Both the position numbers and the translations under genes were made by a program. The notes below the pieces were generated by a model. It saw nothing but the letters and a program-made list of their open reading frames with translations. It ran no database searches and was not told the origin of the DNA. A stretch of 64,000 nucleotides of DNA from the NCBI GenBank assembly GCA_002189035.1, contig NEEC01000002.1, forward strand, positions 5,642,001 through 5,706,000, written 5' to 3'. Shown in pieces: positions 61,028-64,000 of this stretch. Numbering within the stretch: position 1 is the first letter of the stretch; the number at the start of each line of letters is the position of its first letter. This stretch comes from Utricularia gibba. Taxonomy: Eukaryota > Plantae > Magnoliophyta.

Positions 61028-63579
61028 TCCAAGCACAAGATGCAGGATGCACTGGACCGGAATTTATAGAGCTCCATGGTGCAGGAAGTCCGGCGAGGCT
61101 AAAACAGTCATTCTTCAGTTACGTAGTCCGAAGTTGGGGTACCGTACTCAAAAGGTTCATTCCATGACTCGTTCGCTAGTAATTACGCTATTTAATACCC
61201 TAATTATAGGTAAAACTTCGATGCCTTACTCTTTAGTCCTAAGGATAATCCATTCAATTCATTCCATGAACACGCCCTCTGTTAATCCAGTCAATAGGTA
61301 TTGTATTTTTATACTGCAATACACAAAATAACAAAAAAATTAGAAAAAAATTGTAAAAATTAAGCTCTAGATTGAAACATATAGTCTCAATGCAGCAACA
61401 ATTTGTTATATACCCAATTCGAAAAATTTTCGGGTTTGACATAAGAAAATTTTAGATGAAAATGATAAATTTTAAAAAATATTTCATTTCAAAAGAAAAT
61501 CCCAAATGTGAAATATTGCAAAGTTAAGATTGCCCAATTCTCAAGGGAAAGAGTAATAGGGGTTGATATTCTTGATGCATTAATCTCTTTTTTTAAAATT
61601 GAAAATATATTTATTTGAAATTAAAATATATTTAATACATAGGGTTACGTTAGGTTAGATGTATAGAAATATTTGAATTTAAATTATATAGAAGGTTTAG
61701 AAAAAAATATTTCTTTGGTTAAGATTTAAAATTATCTAAATTTAAATTGTACATTCATATTAGTTATTCTCATATGTTAAAATTAAATACTAAAAATGAT
61801 CGATTTTATCACATATATAGGGTGCATAATTCTAATATATATTAGTAAAACATTTTATTAATTTAACATAGATGGATACCCATCCGGCGGAGACCTAACA
61901 AAAGTACAAAACATTATGACGCGTCGTGAAGTTCTTATTACAAAAATCAACATGATTTACAAAAGGGAGATATACCATTCATACTTTATTTGTTGTGGAC
62001 TTTAAAAGTCAACGCAAGATTAATTTATTCAAAGTGATTTTTTAATTTATATTTGAAAATGCTTGATGAATCTAAATCCATGATTTTTTTAAATTCAAGT
62101 TAATAGTTTATGCAAAAATAATAATAATGATTAAAAATATTAAATTTAGATAAGGAAAAATGGGATTATTGGAAAGCAAATTATTAAAATGATAATGAAA
62201 ATTCAAAATAAATATAATGGTTGATTTTTCATTAATTTGTTGAAAAATTTGTTGTTTTTTAAATTTAATGAATGATTTTATATCATTTATTTTTACCTAA
62301 TTTATACTTCAATTTTTCATTATTTTCAATTGATTTTTATTTTTTTTAAATTATCATTCTAAATGATTAAATAGCTTATGTTTTTTTACATAAATATTAA
62401 TTTCTTATTTTGAGAATGAAAATAAGATATTTTGTTGTTATATATTTTTGAATTATTAACTTCCTAATGCAATTAGTTAGTAAGTCGAGAGGAGAGAAGA
62501 AGGAAAGAAGTCATCGTTTCATAATGTCCTCAAAGATTGGGTGAAAACAGTGTTGTGGGGTAATAAGGTTAGGTAAACGGTAATAAAAAACTAGGTAAAA
62601 ATTCTAAATAAATGTGTGGCGGTCGCTTGGGGATGTTTGACATTAACACTACAATTCGCAAAATATTCTAACATTTTAAAAATACCTCGCATACATTTTT
62701 CATTAGTCCTAAATCTAGATTAAATTATTTTTATAGTGGATTGAATCAAAATTATTTATTTTTTAAAACGTTTAAAAAATTAAAATTATTGTTTAGATGA
62801 GTTAAATCCATTCTTTGTTCATTTATGGATTTAGATTGAGCCCATCAAAGTTTGACCCATAATTTTAAAATATTGCCATATTAATTTAGCCCTATTATAA
62901 TCATTTACATTTGAGGAATAAAAAAATAGTATTATAAACAATTCATTATTTAAAACAGTTTAATGCTAATTTTTAAAACGCCTTAGCTAAAATAAAATAT
63001 TTGGCTAAGAGAATGGCGGCTCCCTGAAGACAACGCATTTGGGTCCATAACACCATTTAAGTAGATAGTATTTATCCAAATAATGTAATTGGATCCAAAA
63101 AAAAGTATAGTTCATTCCAACTATTTGAAAGTCTCCACCATTTCAAAATGAAAAAAAAAAATCTTTATGAAGTTAAATCTAATTATCATACTTTAATTTC
63201 TATAATCAATTTTACCTTTTTCCAATTGATTATCCTCTTTTGAGTGTGCGAAGAAAATGGTCAATATATGTAAAAAAAAAAAAAATTGATCATATTGTAT
63301 GAGGGATAAATACATGATCCCATGCTCGGCCACCATCAACGAGGTCGCTCATGTATGATTGCATGCATACAATAGTAGAAACATTTTATTGGATATGCCA
63401 AATTTTGAACATTTATATAAAAAAGGAATTAAATATATCATTTTTACAAAATATATTAATTTTTTAATTCTATCAAGTGACATTTACTCAGAATGTAAAA
63501 CGATTTTCGTTTATTATTACACGATCACTTTTGTAATTTTTAAGATTTTTACATTGGGCATGTTTAATTGCCCTTAAAT

Positions 63580-64000
63580 TTAGTACGGGGAAAGTGCCAA
63601 GAAATCTTCGATAAATCGGCCCAAGAAATGATCCGACGGTTCCTGTTTCAGCAGCGTTTTCCTACTCTTGGCTTTCAAATCTCTGACTTTGACTCGGATC
63701 GGATTTTCCAAATCCATCAGCTCAGTGATCGCAGTCCTGATTCTCTCCGCCGGAATAACCGTGCCGGAGTCACGGTGGTAATCGATCTTAATCTCCACGG
63801 CTATCTCGAATTCCATCACCAGCTGAAACGCGTTCGCCTGTTGTTCTGCTGCCAGGGGCCACGTCGCCATCGGAACACCGAACCAGACGCTTTCCAGGGT
63901 TGAATTCCACCCACAATGAGAAACGAAGCCTCCCACCGCGGGATGGGCTAAAATCGCCATCTGCGGCGCCCAACCGATGACTTTTCCCCTGCCCTTTGTT
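63580..64000 (-). CDS. UDP-glycosyltransferase, 3' part (UGT71-like), runs off the window
   Basis: PSPG box WAPQMAILAHPAVGGFVSHCGWNSTLESVWFGVPMATWPLAAEQ, then QANAFQLV..EIKIDYHRD. Confidence 0.93.
   Translation of the reverse strand, partial: TKGRGKVIGWAPQMAILAHPAVGGFVSHCGWNSTLESVWFGVPMATWPLAAEQQANAFQLVMEFEIAVEIKIDYHRDSGTVIPAERIRTAITELMDLENPIRVKVRDLKAKSRKTLLKQEPSDHFLGRFIEDFLALSPY

Noticed and set aside
61300-63500. AT-rich intergenic region as MITEs or a hidden gene
   Set aside because: No convincing TIR/TSD pair or spliceable ORF; listed ORFs are compositionally biased.
1-64000. CRISPR arrays, rRNA, tRNA or organellar insertions
   Set aside because: None seen. The only tRNA-related sequences are retrotransposon primer-binding sites.

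Overview
Plant nuclear DNA (eudicot; lineage not determinable without a search). It is TE-rich and heavily rearranged over 1-50 kb, then a compact gene block follows at 50-64 kb. (1) A near-perfect inverted duplication (arms 1-7687 and 10662-18349, 2974-bp spacer) carries an atypical GDSL gene lacking the catalytic Ser, a head-to-head small membrane-protein gene and a Copia/hAT/MULE composite. (2) A third copy of the gene pair lies at 49.9-53.5 kb: about 2.9 kb is nearly identical, the flanks are diverged, and the TE insertion sites are reciprocally empty or filled. (3) A canonical 5-exon GDSL lipase. (4) An unnamed multi-exon gene is split by an Athila-type Gypsy element and a Copia; a duplicated intron/exon segment has lost its redundant exon. 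(5) A nested Copia/LINE/hAT/Copia stack. (6) V-ATPase subunit D, ARA6/RABF1, a SAG12-like papain protease with two 1-bp frameshifts, and the 3' end of a UGT71-like gene. All alignments, splice calls and identity estimates were made by eye; no searches were run.
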